This document shows positions 1-6,452 of a stretch of 41,646 nt of DNA, piece after piece. The position numbers were made by a program, and so were the translations under genes. Under the pieces are notes generated by a model. That model was given only the letters and a program-made list of their open reading frames with translations, ran no database searches and was not told where the DNA came from. Location: contig CAYGWK010000006.1 in assembly GCA_964353785.1 (NCBI GenBank), positions 1 to 41,646 on the forward strand, in the 5' to 3' direction. Numbering within the stretch: the stretch's first letter is position 1; every line of letters begins with the position of its first letter. Source of the stretch: an uncultured Gammaproteobacteria bacterium. Its GTDB lineage: Bacteria > Patescibacteriota > Microgenomatia > CAYGWK01.

Positions 1-71
1 TATATTAGGCGGGAAACCCTGGCTTCAATTCTTAAGAAAGGAAAAACTTTAGAAATTAAAAGAAGCAAAAA

Positions 72-1148
72 ATGAAGAATTTTGCCGGTTTTGACTTCCA
101 AATTCTTCTGGCAATTTTCATTGTGGCGATTTTGGGGCTTTCAATGATTTGGAGTCTAGTGCCAAATCTTTTTGTAAATCAACTTGCGTTTTTCCTTATT
201 GGTCTTTTTTTCTTTTTTCTTTTCTCTCGTCTTGATTTCAGAGTCTTTGAACATTTGTCTTGGATTGTCTATGCTACCTGTTTAGTTTTTTTGGTCTCTA
301 CCTTTTTATTCGGCCAAGTAACTCGGGGTTCAATCCGCTGGATACAGATTGGAAATTTTACCATCCAGCCATCAGAAATTGTTAAACCCTTTTTGGTTTG
401 CTTTTTTGCCTCGCTTTTGGAGAAAGAAGAAAAATTGAGTTTCTCAAGATTTGTGGGTGTTTTAATTCTTTTATCTTTACCTTTATTCTTTATCTTTAAA
501 CAGCCTGATTTGGGAAGTACCCTAGTTGTTCTTTTTTCTTTTTTGGGAATTTTACTTGCCTCAAATGTTTCTTTGTCTTACATTTTTGCCGGATTAGGAT
601 TCATTTTAGTCTCATCACCGGTTTTTTGGTTTTTCTTGAAAGGTTATCAAAAAGTAAGAATTTTAAGTTTCTTAAATCCCTATCTTGACCCTTTGGGTTC
701 GGGATATCATCTTATTCAGTCAGTTATCACTACTGGTTCAGGCCAGTTTCTCGGTCGGGGACTGGGGAAAGGAACTCAGTCTCATCTCGCCTTCTTGCCC
801 GAGCATCACACTGATTTTATTTTTGCCTCTTTATCTGAAGAGTTGGGATTTCTGGGAGCGGCAGTTCTTCTTTTATGTTATTTTTTAATACTTTTTAAGA
901 TTTTAAAAATCGGACGAAACTCGTCTTCGCCCTTTGGCGTCCTTGTTTGTTTCGGCACTTTTTCTCTTCTTCTTTTTCAAATTTTTGTCAATATTGGCAT
1001 GAACATGGGAATTTTGCCGATAACCGGAATCACTCTTCCCCTCGTTTCCTATGGTGGCTCTTCTGCTTTGGCAACGATGATCTCTTTGGGAATTGTGGAA
1101 AGTATCGCCAAAGCTAAAAAACCCGAAGAAACGATTGAAATAAAGTAG
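72..1148 (+). CDS. SEDS-family peptidoglycan glycosyltransferase (FtsW/RodA/SpoVE)
   Basis: 358-aa polytopic membrane ORF. C-terminal motifs GSGQFLGRGLGKG, LPEHHTDFIFA and LPLVSYGGSS are typical of FtsW/RodA. Confidence 0.9.
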   Translation: MKNFAGFDFQILLAIFIVAILGLSMIWSLVPNLFVNQLAFFLIGLFFFFLFSRLDFRVFEHLSWIVYATCLVFLVSTFLFGQVTRGSIRWIQIGNFTIQPSEIVKPFLVCFFASLLEKEEKLSFSRFVGVLILLSLPLFFIFKQPDLGSTLVVLFSFLGILLASNVSLSYIFAGLGFILVSSPVFWFFLKGYQKVRILSFLNPYLDPLGSGYHLIQSVITTGSGQFLGRGLGKGTQSHLAFLPEHHTDFIFASLSEELGFLGAAVLLLCYFLILFKILKIGRNSSSPFGVLVCFGTFSLLLFQIFVNIGMNMGILPITGITLPLVSYGGSSALATMISLGIVESIAKAKKPEETIEIK

Positions 1149-1163
1149 GAACTGGGATATAAT
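1135..1163 (+). promoter_or_regulatory. sigma70-like promoter of rplU (-35 TTGAAA 1135-1140, 17-nt spacer, -10 TATAAT 1158-1163)
   Basis: Hexamers read directly. ATG at 1172 is only 8 nt past the -10 and has no SD, implying a leaderless or near-leaderless mRNA. Confidence 0.5.
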
Positions 1164-1171
1164 CAGAGCCT

Positions 1172-1489
1172 ATGGAATACGCTGTAGTTAAAATTGGTGG
1201 AAGCCAATATAAGGTAAAAGAAGGAGATGAACTTGAGGTTGACCGACTTCCCCAAAAAGAGGGAGAAGAGATTGAATTTCCTGAAGTTTTACTGGTGGTC
1301 TCCGATGGCGAGGTGAAAATCGGTCAACCGCAAGTTTTAGGAACAACCGTTAAAGCCAAAATTCTTTCTCATTTTAAGGGTGAAAAAATAAGAGTCGCCC
1401 GCTTTAAAGCAAAATCAAGATACCGAAAAGTTAGGGGATTCAGGCCTTATTTAACCAAAATAAAAATTGAAAAAATTGATGCAGTTTGA
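1172..1489 (+). CDS. rplU: 50S ribosomal protein L21
   Basis: N-terminus MEYAVVKIGGSQYKVKEGD and length 105 aa are typical of L21. It lies directly upstream of L27, the conserved order. Confidence 0.95.
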   Translation: MEYAVVKIGGSQYKVKEGDELEVDRLPQKEGEEIEFPEVLLVVSDGEVKIGQPQVLGTTVKAKILSHFKGEKIRVARFKAKSRYRKVRGFRPYLTKIKIEKIDAV

Positions 1490-1494
1490 TGGTC

Positions 1495-1523
1495 TTGACG
1501 TCCGTGAAAAAATAGTTTAAACT
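1495..1523 (+). promoter_or_regulatory. sigma70-like promoter of rpmA (-35 TTGACG 1495-1500, 17-nt spacer, -10 TAAACT 1518-1523)
   Basis: Hexamers read directly. ATG 1533 is 9 nt downstream of the -10. Confidence 0.4.
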
Positions 1524-1532
1524 CTTCCTAAT

Positions 1533-1787
1533 ATGGCAAAAACCAAAGCTGGTGGAAAAGTCAGACAAAAAACAGCCCGACCTGGAAGAAGACTTGGAGT
1601 TAAGATTTTTGGCGGAGGAAAGGTTAGAGTTGGCCAAATTATTGTTCGTCAAAGAGGAACCAAGTTTCATCCAGGAGAAGGGGTGGGCAAGGGTCGAGAC
1701 TTCACTCTTTTTGCTTTAAGACAGGGAATTGTTGAGTTTGGAAAGAAAAAAGGCAGACAAACAGTTTCTGTAATTACTAAAACTTAA
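1533..1787 (+). CDS. rpmA: 50S ribosomal protein L27
   Basis: [28 protein letters not shown]...[11 protein letters not shown] matches the L27 signature. Confidence 0.95.
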   Translation: MAKTKAGGKVRQKTARPGRRLGVKIFGGGKVRVGQIIVRQRGTKFHPGEGVGKGRDFTLFALRQGIVEFGKKKGRQTVSVITKT

Positions 1788-1790
1788 ATT

Positions 1791-2627
1791 ATGGCTGAAG
1801 AACAGCAAGTTATCAAAATCCCAATTGATGAACTTCAGGGAAATCCGCTTCAACCAAGGGGAGTAATCACCCCTGAGTCATTAGTTGATTTGGTTGATTC
1901 GATTAAAGAGCATGGAATTCTCGAGCCATTGGTGGTGGCCAAAACTCCGGCAGGCTACCAGATAATCGCCGGCGAGAGACGTTGGCGGGCCGCCAAAATT
2001 GCTGGACTTGAAACGGTTCCCTCAATCATTAAAGAAACCACTCCTCGGGGAATGCTTGAGATGGCCTTAGTTGAGAATGTCCAGCGGGTAGACCTTAATC
2101 CTCTTGAACGAGCCAAAGCCTTTCAAAGATTAGTGGAAGAATTTAGTCTGGCGACCTCAGAAATCGCTCAAAGGATTGGTAAAAGTCAAGCCTATGTTTC
2201 AAATTCACTCCGTCTTTTGACTTTGCCAGATGCCTTAAAAGACGGTTTACTTTCAGGGCTTATTAGTGAAGGCCATGCTCGGGCTTTGGCGGCCATTGAA
2301 GATACAAAAGTCATGATTGAGGCCTATAAAATTATTCTTCGGGAAACTGGGTCAGTCCGAAGAGCTGAAGATTTGGCCAGAAGAATGAAAGCCGCAACTG
2401 GTCAGCCTCTTAAGCCTCAACAGATGAAAAAGGAAGTTAAGATTTTTCATGAAGATATTGACCGAATGCGAGATGAGATAGAAAAAGCCATCGGAGATCC
2501 AGAAAAGAATCGCGTTAAACTGACACGCTCTCGGGCGGAAACAAGACTGATTATTGTTTTAAAAGGCGACCTTGAGGCAACTGAAAAAAGACTTCAAAAA
2601 ATCTATAAGGGAATTTGTCAGTCTTAA
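1791..2627 (+). CDS. parB: ParB/Spo0J chromosome partitioning protein
   Basis: ParB box motifs LQGNPLQPRG and IIAGERRWRAAKIAGL, followed by an HTH region (SLATSEIAQRIGKSQAYVSNSLRLL). Confidence 0.9.
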   Translation: MAEEQQVIKIPIDELQGNPLQPRGVITPESLVDLVDSIKEHGILEPLVVAKTPAGYQIIAGERRWRAAKIAGLETVPSIIKETTPRGMLEMALVENVQRVDLNPLERAKAFQRLVEEFSLATSEIAQRIGKSQAYVSNSLRLLTLPDALKDGLLSGLISEGHARALAAIEDTKVMIEAYKIILRETGSVRRAEDLARRMKAATGQPLKPQQMKKEVKIFHEDIDRMRDEIEKAIGDPEKNRVKLTRSRAETRLIIVLKGDLEATEKRLQKIYKGICQS

Positions 2628-3202
2628 AGATAGCTTCCCCGAGGAATAATCCCCAATCTTGAGACTGGCCAGTAGCGAAACCAAGCTTTGCCAATTATTG
2701 CTTCTCTTTTAATTGGTCCGAATTCTCGGCCATCACGAGAATGAAGTCGGTTGTCTCCCAAAACTAAATATTGGTTTTCTGCTAAAGTGATTGTTTGTCC
2801 TTCACGAAAATAGGTTCCTGGTTGAGTTCTGACATCAGAAGGAAGGTAGGCTTCATTTAATTTTTGGTCGTTTATAAAAATAAATCCATCAGAAATTCTC
2901 ACATTTTCCCCCGGTAATCCAATAACTCTTTTTATATATTCGCATTCAGTTTCAGCACAAGGTTCAGATGGAGGAGCCTTAAAGATAACCACCTCTCCTC
3001 TTTGGGGGAGGCTGAATCGATAAGAAATTTTATCGGTGAGCAAAAATTCTTGGTCATAAAAATTGGCATACATTGAATTTCCCCGAACCTGGTGAGGTTG
3101 GAATAAGAAAAGATAAGAGATGACAAAAATTGAAAGAGCCAGAACAATAACTTGGATAATATCCAAGAAAAACGAGCCAAGTTTTCTAACAAATTCTTTC
3201 AT
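2624..3202 (-). CDS. lepB: signal peptidase I
   Basis: N-terminal TM anchor. Catalytic Ser motif GNSMYANF, KRVIGLPGE, and GDNRLHSRDGREFGPI box E. Confidence 0.9.
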   Translation of the reverse strand: MKEFVRKLGSFFLDIIQVIVLALSIFVISYLFLFQPHQVRGNSMYANFYDQEFLLTDKISYRFSLPQRGEVVIFKAPPSEPCAETECEYIKRVIGLPGENVRISDGFIFINDQKLNEAYLPSDVRTQPGTYFREGQTITLAENQYLVLGDNRLHSRDGREFGPIKREAIIGKAWFRYWPVSRLGIIPRGSYL

Positions 3203-3211
3203 ACTTACCTA

Positions 3212-3241
3212 ATTATAAAGGGAAAACAGATTGTCTTGCAA
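3212..3241 (-). promoter_or_regulatory. candidate lepB promoter (-35 TTGCAA comp 3236-3241, 18-nt spacer, -10 TATAAT comp 3212-3217)
   Basis: Read on the minus strand. ATG (comp 3200-3202) lies 9 nt downstream of the -10. Confidence 0.4.
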
Positions 3242-3259
3242 GGGGAAATTTGCTAAGAT
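3231..3259 (+). promoter_or_regulatory. candidate promoter of tRNA-Val (-35 TTGTCT 3231-3236, 17-nt spacer, -10 TAAGAT 3254-3259)
   Basis: Read directly. The tRNA 5' end at 3270 is 10 nt past the -10. The site overlaps the divergent lepB promoter. Confidence 0.35.
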
Positions 3260-3269
3260 AGAGCCCTAA

Positions 3270-3341
3270 GGACCCGTGGCTCAGGGGTAGAGCGTCCGGT
3301 TCACATCCGGAAGGTCGATGGTTCGAATCCATCCGGGTCCA
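3270..3341 (+). tRNA. tRNA-Val (anticodon CAC)
   Basis: Hand-folded cloverleaf. Acceptor GGACCCG/CGGGTCC, D stem GCTC/GAGC, anticodon stem TCCGG/CCGGA with loop TTCACAT, T arm GATGG-TTCGAAT-CCATC, discriminator A. No encoded CCA. Confidence 0.93.
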
Positions 3342-3352
3342 CTCGGACTAAC

Positions 3353-4012
3353 ATGGCCGGTTTTTTAAATATCAATAATATATTTTTTACCTTTCTTGGT
3401 TACCAAATGAGTTATTTGGAGTTTTTTGGGACCGTATTTAATTTATGGTGCGTTTATTTGGCAACCAGAAACAAGATCGCTACCTGGCCAATCGGCATAT
3501 TGGGAATAATCCTTTATATTTTTCTTTTCTATCAAATACAGTTATACTCAGATTTCGCAGAACAGCTTTATTTTTTGGTAACGAGTTTCTATGGCTGGTA
3601 TATGTGGCATAAGGGTTCTAATAAGGGAGCGGCCAAAAGTAAGCAGTTGGAAATCGCCTACAACAGCCCCAAAATAAATGTAGTTTATTTCTTTATTATT
3701 TTGTTTGGCACTCTTTTGATGGGATATTTTATGGGGCATATACATATTTATTTTCCAAAATTTTTTCCCATACCCGCCTCCTTCGCTCTTCTAGATGCTT
3801 TTACTACTGTAATGAGTTTTGCCGCTACCATTTTGATGGCTAGAAGAAAAATTGAATGTTGGTATCTTTGGATTTTAGTTGATATTATTGGTATTTGTCT
3901 TTACTACGTTAAGGGTGTTAAATTTATCTCTCTAGAGTATTTAATATTCCTCATTTTGGCCACCAAAGGACTGATTGATTGGCGAAAACAATTTAATATC
4001 CAATTGTCATGA
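3353..4012 (+). CDS. pnuC: nicotinamide riboside transporter PnuC
   Basis: 219-aa, roughly 7-TM protein with a PnuC-like N-terminal pattern (SYLEFFGTVFNLWCVYLATRN, FYQIQLYSDF, FYGWYMW). ATGA-coupled to nadR. Confidence 0.85.
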   Translation: MAGFLNINNIFFTFLGYQMSYLEFFGTVFNLWCVYLATRNKIATWPIGILGIILYIFLFYQIQLYSDFAEQLYFLVTSFYGWYMWHKGSNKGAAKSKQLEIAYNSPKINVVYFFIILFGTLLMGYFMGHIHIYFPKFFPIPASFALLDAFTTVMSFAATILMARRKIECWYLWILVDIIGICLYYVKGVKFISLEYLIFLILATKGLIDWRKQFNIQLS

Positions 4013-5055
4013 AAAAGCAGGAAAACATTAACGCCGGCAAGAAAGTTGGTAGCGGATTAGTTTTTGGAAAGTTTATGCCTTTGCACGAAGGACATATTTA
4101 TTTATTAAACTTTGCTCGTAAATCGTGTCGTAGACTAACAATAATGGTGTGCTCGTTAAAAAGCGAACCTATTCCTGGAGAAATAAGATTTTTATGGGTA
4201 AAAGAACTTTTTCCTGACGCAAACGTTGTTCATCACTATGCAGAGATTCCGCAAGAACCCAGTGAGCACCCCAATTTTTGGAATATTTGGAAAAAAAGCA
4301 TAGAGAAATATTGTCCAGGTGAAGAATTCGATGCCTTATTTGGCTCGGAAGACTATGGGTGGAAAATGGCTGAGACGATGGGTATTGAGTATATCCCTGT
4401 AAATCGCCAGAGAGATTTGGTGCCAATCTCTGGAATTGAGATGAGAAGGGATCCAATAAAGCACTGGGAATTTTTACCTCCAGTGGTGAGGCCTTATTTT
4501 GTAAAACGCGTTTGTGTTGTTGGTCCAGAATCTACTGGAAAAACAATGCTTGTTCAAAAACTTGCTAAAAAATACAATACTGTTTTTGTTGATGAATATG
4601 CCCGGAGATTACTAGATGAATATGTACAAAATCTAGGTTACAAGGAGGGAGAGGTTCGCTACAAAGATATTTCAACTATTGCTCGTGGGCAAATAGTGAC
4701 GGAGGACTCGCAAGCAAGGAGAGCCAACAAGGTGCTTTTTTGTGACACCGATTTAATTACTACGGTTTTTTGGTCAAACTTTTATTTTAAAAAATGCCCG
4801 AACTGGGTTGAAAAAGAGGCCGAAAACCGAAAATACGATCTTTATTTATTACTTGATATTGATGTGCCTTGGGTGAGAGACCCTCAGAGGCCAATGCCGG
4901 ACATAAATGAACGCAGAAGATTTTTTGAGTGGTGGAAAAAAGAATTAAAAAGACGGAAAAGACCTTTTGTTGTGATTGGCAGAGATTGGGAGAAACGATT
5001 TAATTTAGCATGCAAAGCCGTAGATGAATTATTAAAGTGCCAGAAAAAATTCTAA
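4009..5055 (+). CDS. nadR: bifunctional NMN adenylyltransferase / ribosylnicotinamide kinase (NadR type, no N-terminal HTH)
   Basis: Nucleotidyltransferase motif GKFMPLHEGH near the N-terminus and Walker A VVGPESTGKT in the C-terminal half. Adjacent to pnuC. Confidence 0.85.
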   Translation: MKKQENINAGKKVGSGLVFGKFMPLHEGHIYLLNFARKSCRRLTIMVCSLKSEPIPGEIRFLWVKELFPDANVVHHYAEIPQEPSEHPNFWNIWKKSIEKYCPGEEFDALFGSEDYGWKMAETMGIEYIPVNRQRDLVPISGIEMRRDPIKHWEFLPPVVRPYFVKRVCVVGPESTGKTMLVQKLAKKYNTVFVDEYARRLLDEYVQNLGYKEGEVRYKDISTIARGQIVTEDSQARRANKVLFCDTDLITTVFWSNFYFKKCPNWVEKEAENRKYDLYLLLDIDVPWVRDPQRPMPDINERRRFFEWWKKELKRRKRPFVVIGRDWEKRFNLACKAVDELLKCQKKF

Positions 5056-5621
5056 AGAACTATCCTTTTGAAAAACTTGAACCTCCGGTTTTTCTGGTTG
5101 AGGGGTTTGAGGCTTATGATGGAGTACTTGGCGATGAGCCAGGAAAGCCCCATCAGGGAATAGATTATGTTCGCAGAAAAAATGGAGAATTCCTTTCTTT
5201 TGATATTTTTTCTTGTCATGAGGGAGAAGCCTTTCAAGCAGTTTCTGAAAGTTGGGGAAACCTGGTTAATGTAAGATTAAGCGTTGGTGATATTCGTTTT
5301 GAAACTATTTATATTCATCTAGACAAGGTTAATCCCAAAATTCCCTTTTTACCAAAAGACAAAAAAGAAAAAATTAAATTTTTAAAAGTTGGGGCAGGGG
5401 AGTGGTTGGGGATGGCTGGGACAACTGGAAATACTGGAGGAATAATCCAACTTCATTTAGAAATGCACCGAAAAGATTTAAAAACCGAAGAAAGAAAAAT
5501 AATTGATCCTTATGGAGTCTATAGCCGGGCTTCTTCTGGTCGCTATCCGAAACCTGGGGAATCTTTGGCAGGACTCGCCCACTATTTCACTTCTGATAAT
5601 CCAAAGTTTGTAAAGAAATAA
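5037..5621 (+). CDS. M23/LytM-family metallopeptidase-like protein (no signal peptide seen)
   Basis: HQGIDY (HxxxD) and QLHLEMH (HxH) motifs with M23-like spacing. GTG start overlaps the nadR end by 19 nt. Confidence 0.65.
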   Translation: MPEKILKNYPFEKLEPPVFLVEGFEAYDGVLGDEPGKPHQGIDYVRRKNGEFLSFDIFSCHEGEAFQAVSESWGNLVNVRLSVGDIRFETIYIHLDKVNPKIPFLPKDKKEKIKFLKVGAGEWLGMAGTTGNTGGIIQLHLEMHRKDLKTEERKIIDPYGVYSRASSGRYPKPGESLAGLAHYFTSDNPKFVKK

Positions 5622-5640
5622 AATTTGAATGAAGAAAAAA

Positions 5641-5990
5641 GGGAGAGGGGGGCGATGCGCTAGAAGGACTGGGAAGCACTCACAAGCAGTGCTCTCATGT
5701 AGCCCTATCAAGAGCGCATTTCTTTTTTTGGTTCTTTCCGCTCTTCCCCCCTCTCGGTTTCTGTCGCTACTTGCGCCTTGTCTCTCCTAAAGGAGTAGCC
5801 CTACCCCTTTGAAGAAACTCTTCGCTTGTAGCGGCGGGAGCGCGAGCCTGTCTGTCTTGGGCTCGCCGGCCCGGTGGTCTCGATCTAGGTTAGCACAAAA
5901 CTGTTGTTATGCCACTTCATCCGATACACTCCTCCTTTCTGGCTCTGGCCGCAAATGGCCAAGCCAAATAGAATAGAGTAACGCCACCAA
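5641..5990. other. GC-rich, ORF-free, hairpin-dense intergenic block; candidate structured ncRNA of unassigned class
   Basis: No ORF of 60 aa or more in any frame between 5711 and 6080, despite much higher GC than the flanks. Perfect stems: 5643-5652/5746-5755, 5655-5661/5713-5719, 5675-5680/5688-5693, 5842-5848/5860-5866, 5941-5950/5957-5965. Stem 5763-5770/5828-5835 pairs fully only as plus-strand RNA (U-G wobble). Confidence 0.35.
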
Positions 5991-6066
5991 TATATCCTTA
6001 AAATATTCAATATTAACTTGTTAAGGTAGCAGTATTATACAACATCCAAGCTAAAAGTCAAGTTTG

Positions 6067-6075
6067 TGGTATAAT
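6067..6075 (+). promoter_or_regulatory. extended -10 promoter element (TGgTATAAT)
   Basis: TG at 6067-6068 and TATAAT at 6070-6075. ATG 6083 lies 7 nt downstream, suggesting a leaderless transcript. Confidence 0.4.
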
Positions 6076-6082
6076 TTCTTTG

Positions 6083-6448
6083 ATGTCAAAAGAAGTAGAA
6101 GAAGTAAAAATTGTTGAAGGAGTCTTTTTTCCTTTGAATGAAGGTGAGGATAAAAACGAACTTTTAGTGGCAATTTTAGGAGGAGACACTCAATATATTG
6201 ACAATTTTCTTGAAGAACGGGAAGGCATTCTTCCTAAAGAAGGCTTGAAATTAATCCGAGGATTATCTTGTTTTTTTTATGGTCAGAAACTTATTAAAGA
6301 CGCGGAGAAAATAGCGTCCAAAGAGGCACAAGATAGTTTAAGAGAAAATGGCCTTGCTTGTATGGACTGTGGTTGGCATTATTTAGAAATTTTGGCAATT
6401 GAGGCAGGCGTAGACATCACTGAAAACCCTTTCGTCAGAGACTTATAA
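6083..6448 (+). CDS. hypothetical protein (121 aa, acidic, one CxxC)
   Basis: Open frame with host-like codon usage. ATG at 6083 is preferred over the TTG at 6080 of the ORF track. No recognisable motif. Confidence 0.55.
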   Translation: MSKEVEEVKIVEGVFFPLNEGEDKNELLVAILGGDTQYIDNFLEEREGILPKEGLKLIRGLSCFFYGQKLIKDAEKIASKEAQDSLRENGLACMDCGWHYLEILAIEAGVDITENPFVRDL

Positions 6449-6452
6449 TCAG

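Noticed and set aside
1791-2627. parB without an adjacent parA, as a sign of an unusual partition system, and a search for parS (TGTTNCACGTGAAACA)
   Set aside because: No parS-like palindrome is visible in or near the gene. parA may simply lie elsewhere in the genome. There is not enough evidence for a finding.
5641-5990. Assigning the GC-rich block to RNase P RNA, tmRNA, SRP RNA or 6S RNA
   Set aside because: I looked on both strands for GAGGAAAGTCCGGGC with a pairing ACAGAAnCCGGCTTA (RNase P P4), a tRNA-like GGTTCGAATCC 3' end with a tag ORF (tmRNA), and the GGAA-tetraloop/AGCAGC SRP domain IV. Only short partial resemblances appear (CAAGCCAAATAG, ACAGAAACCG), in the wrong order or without pairing partners. 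The class is left open.
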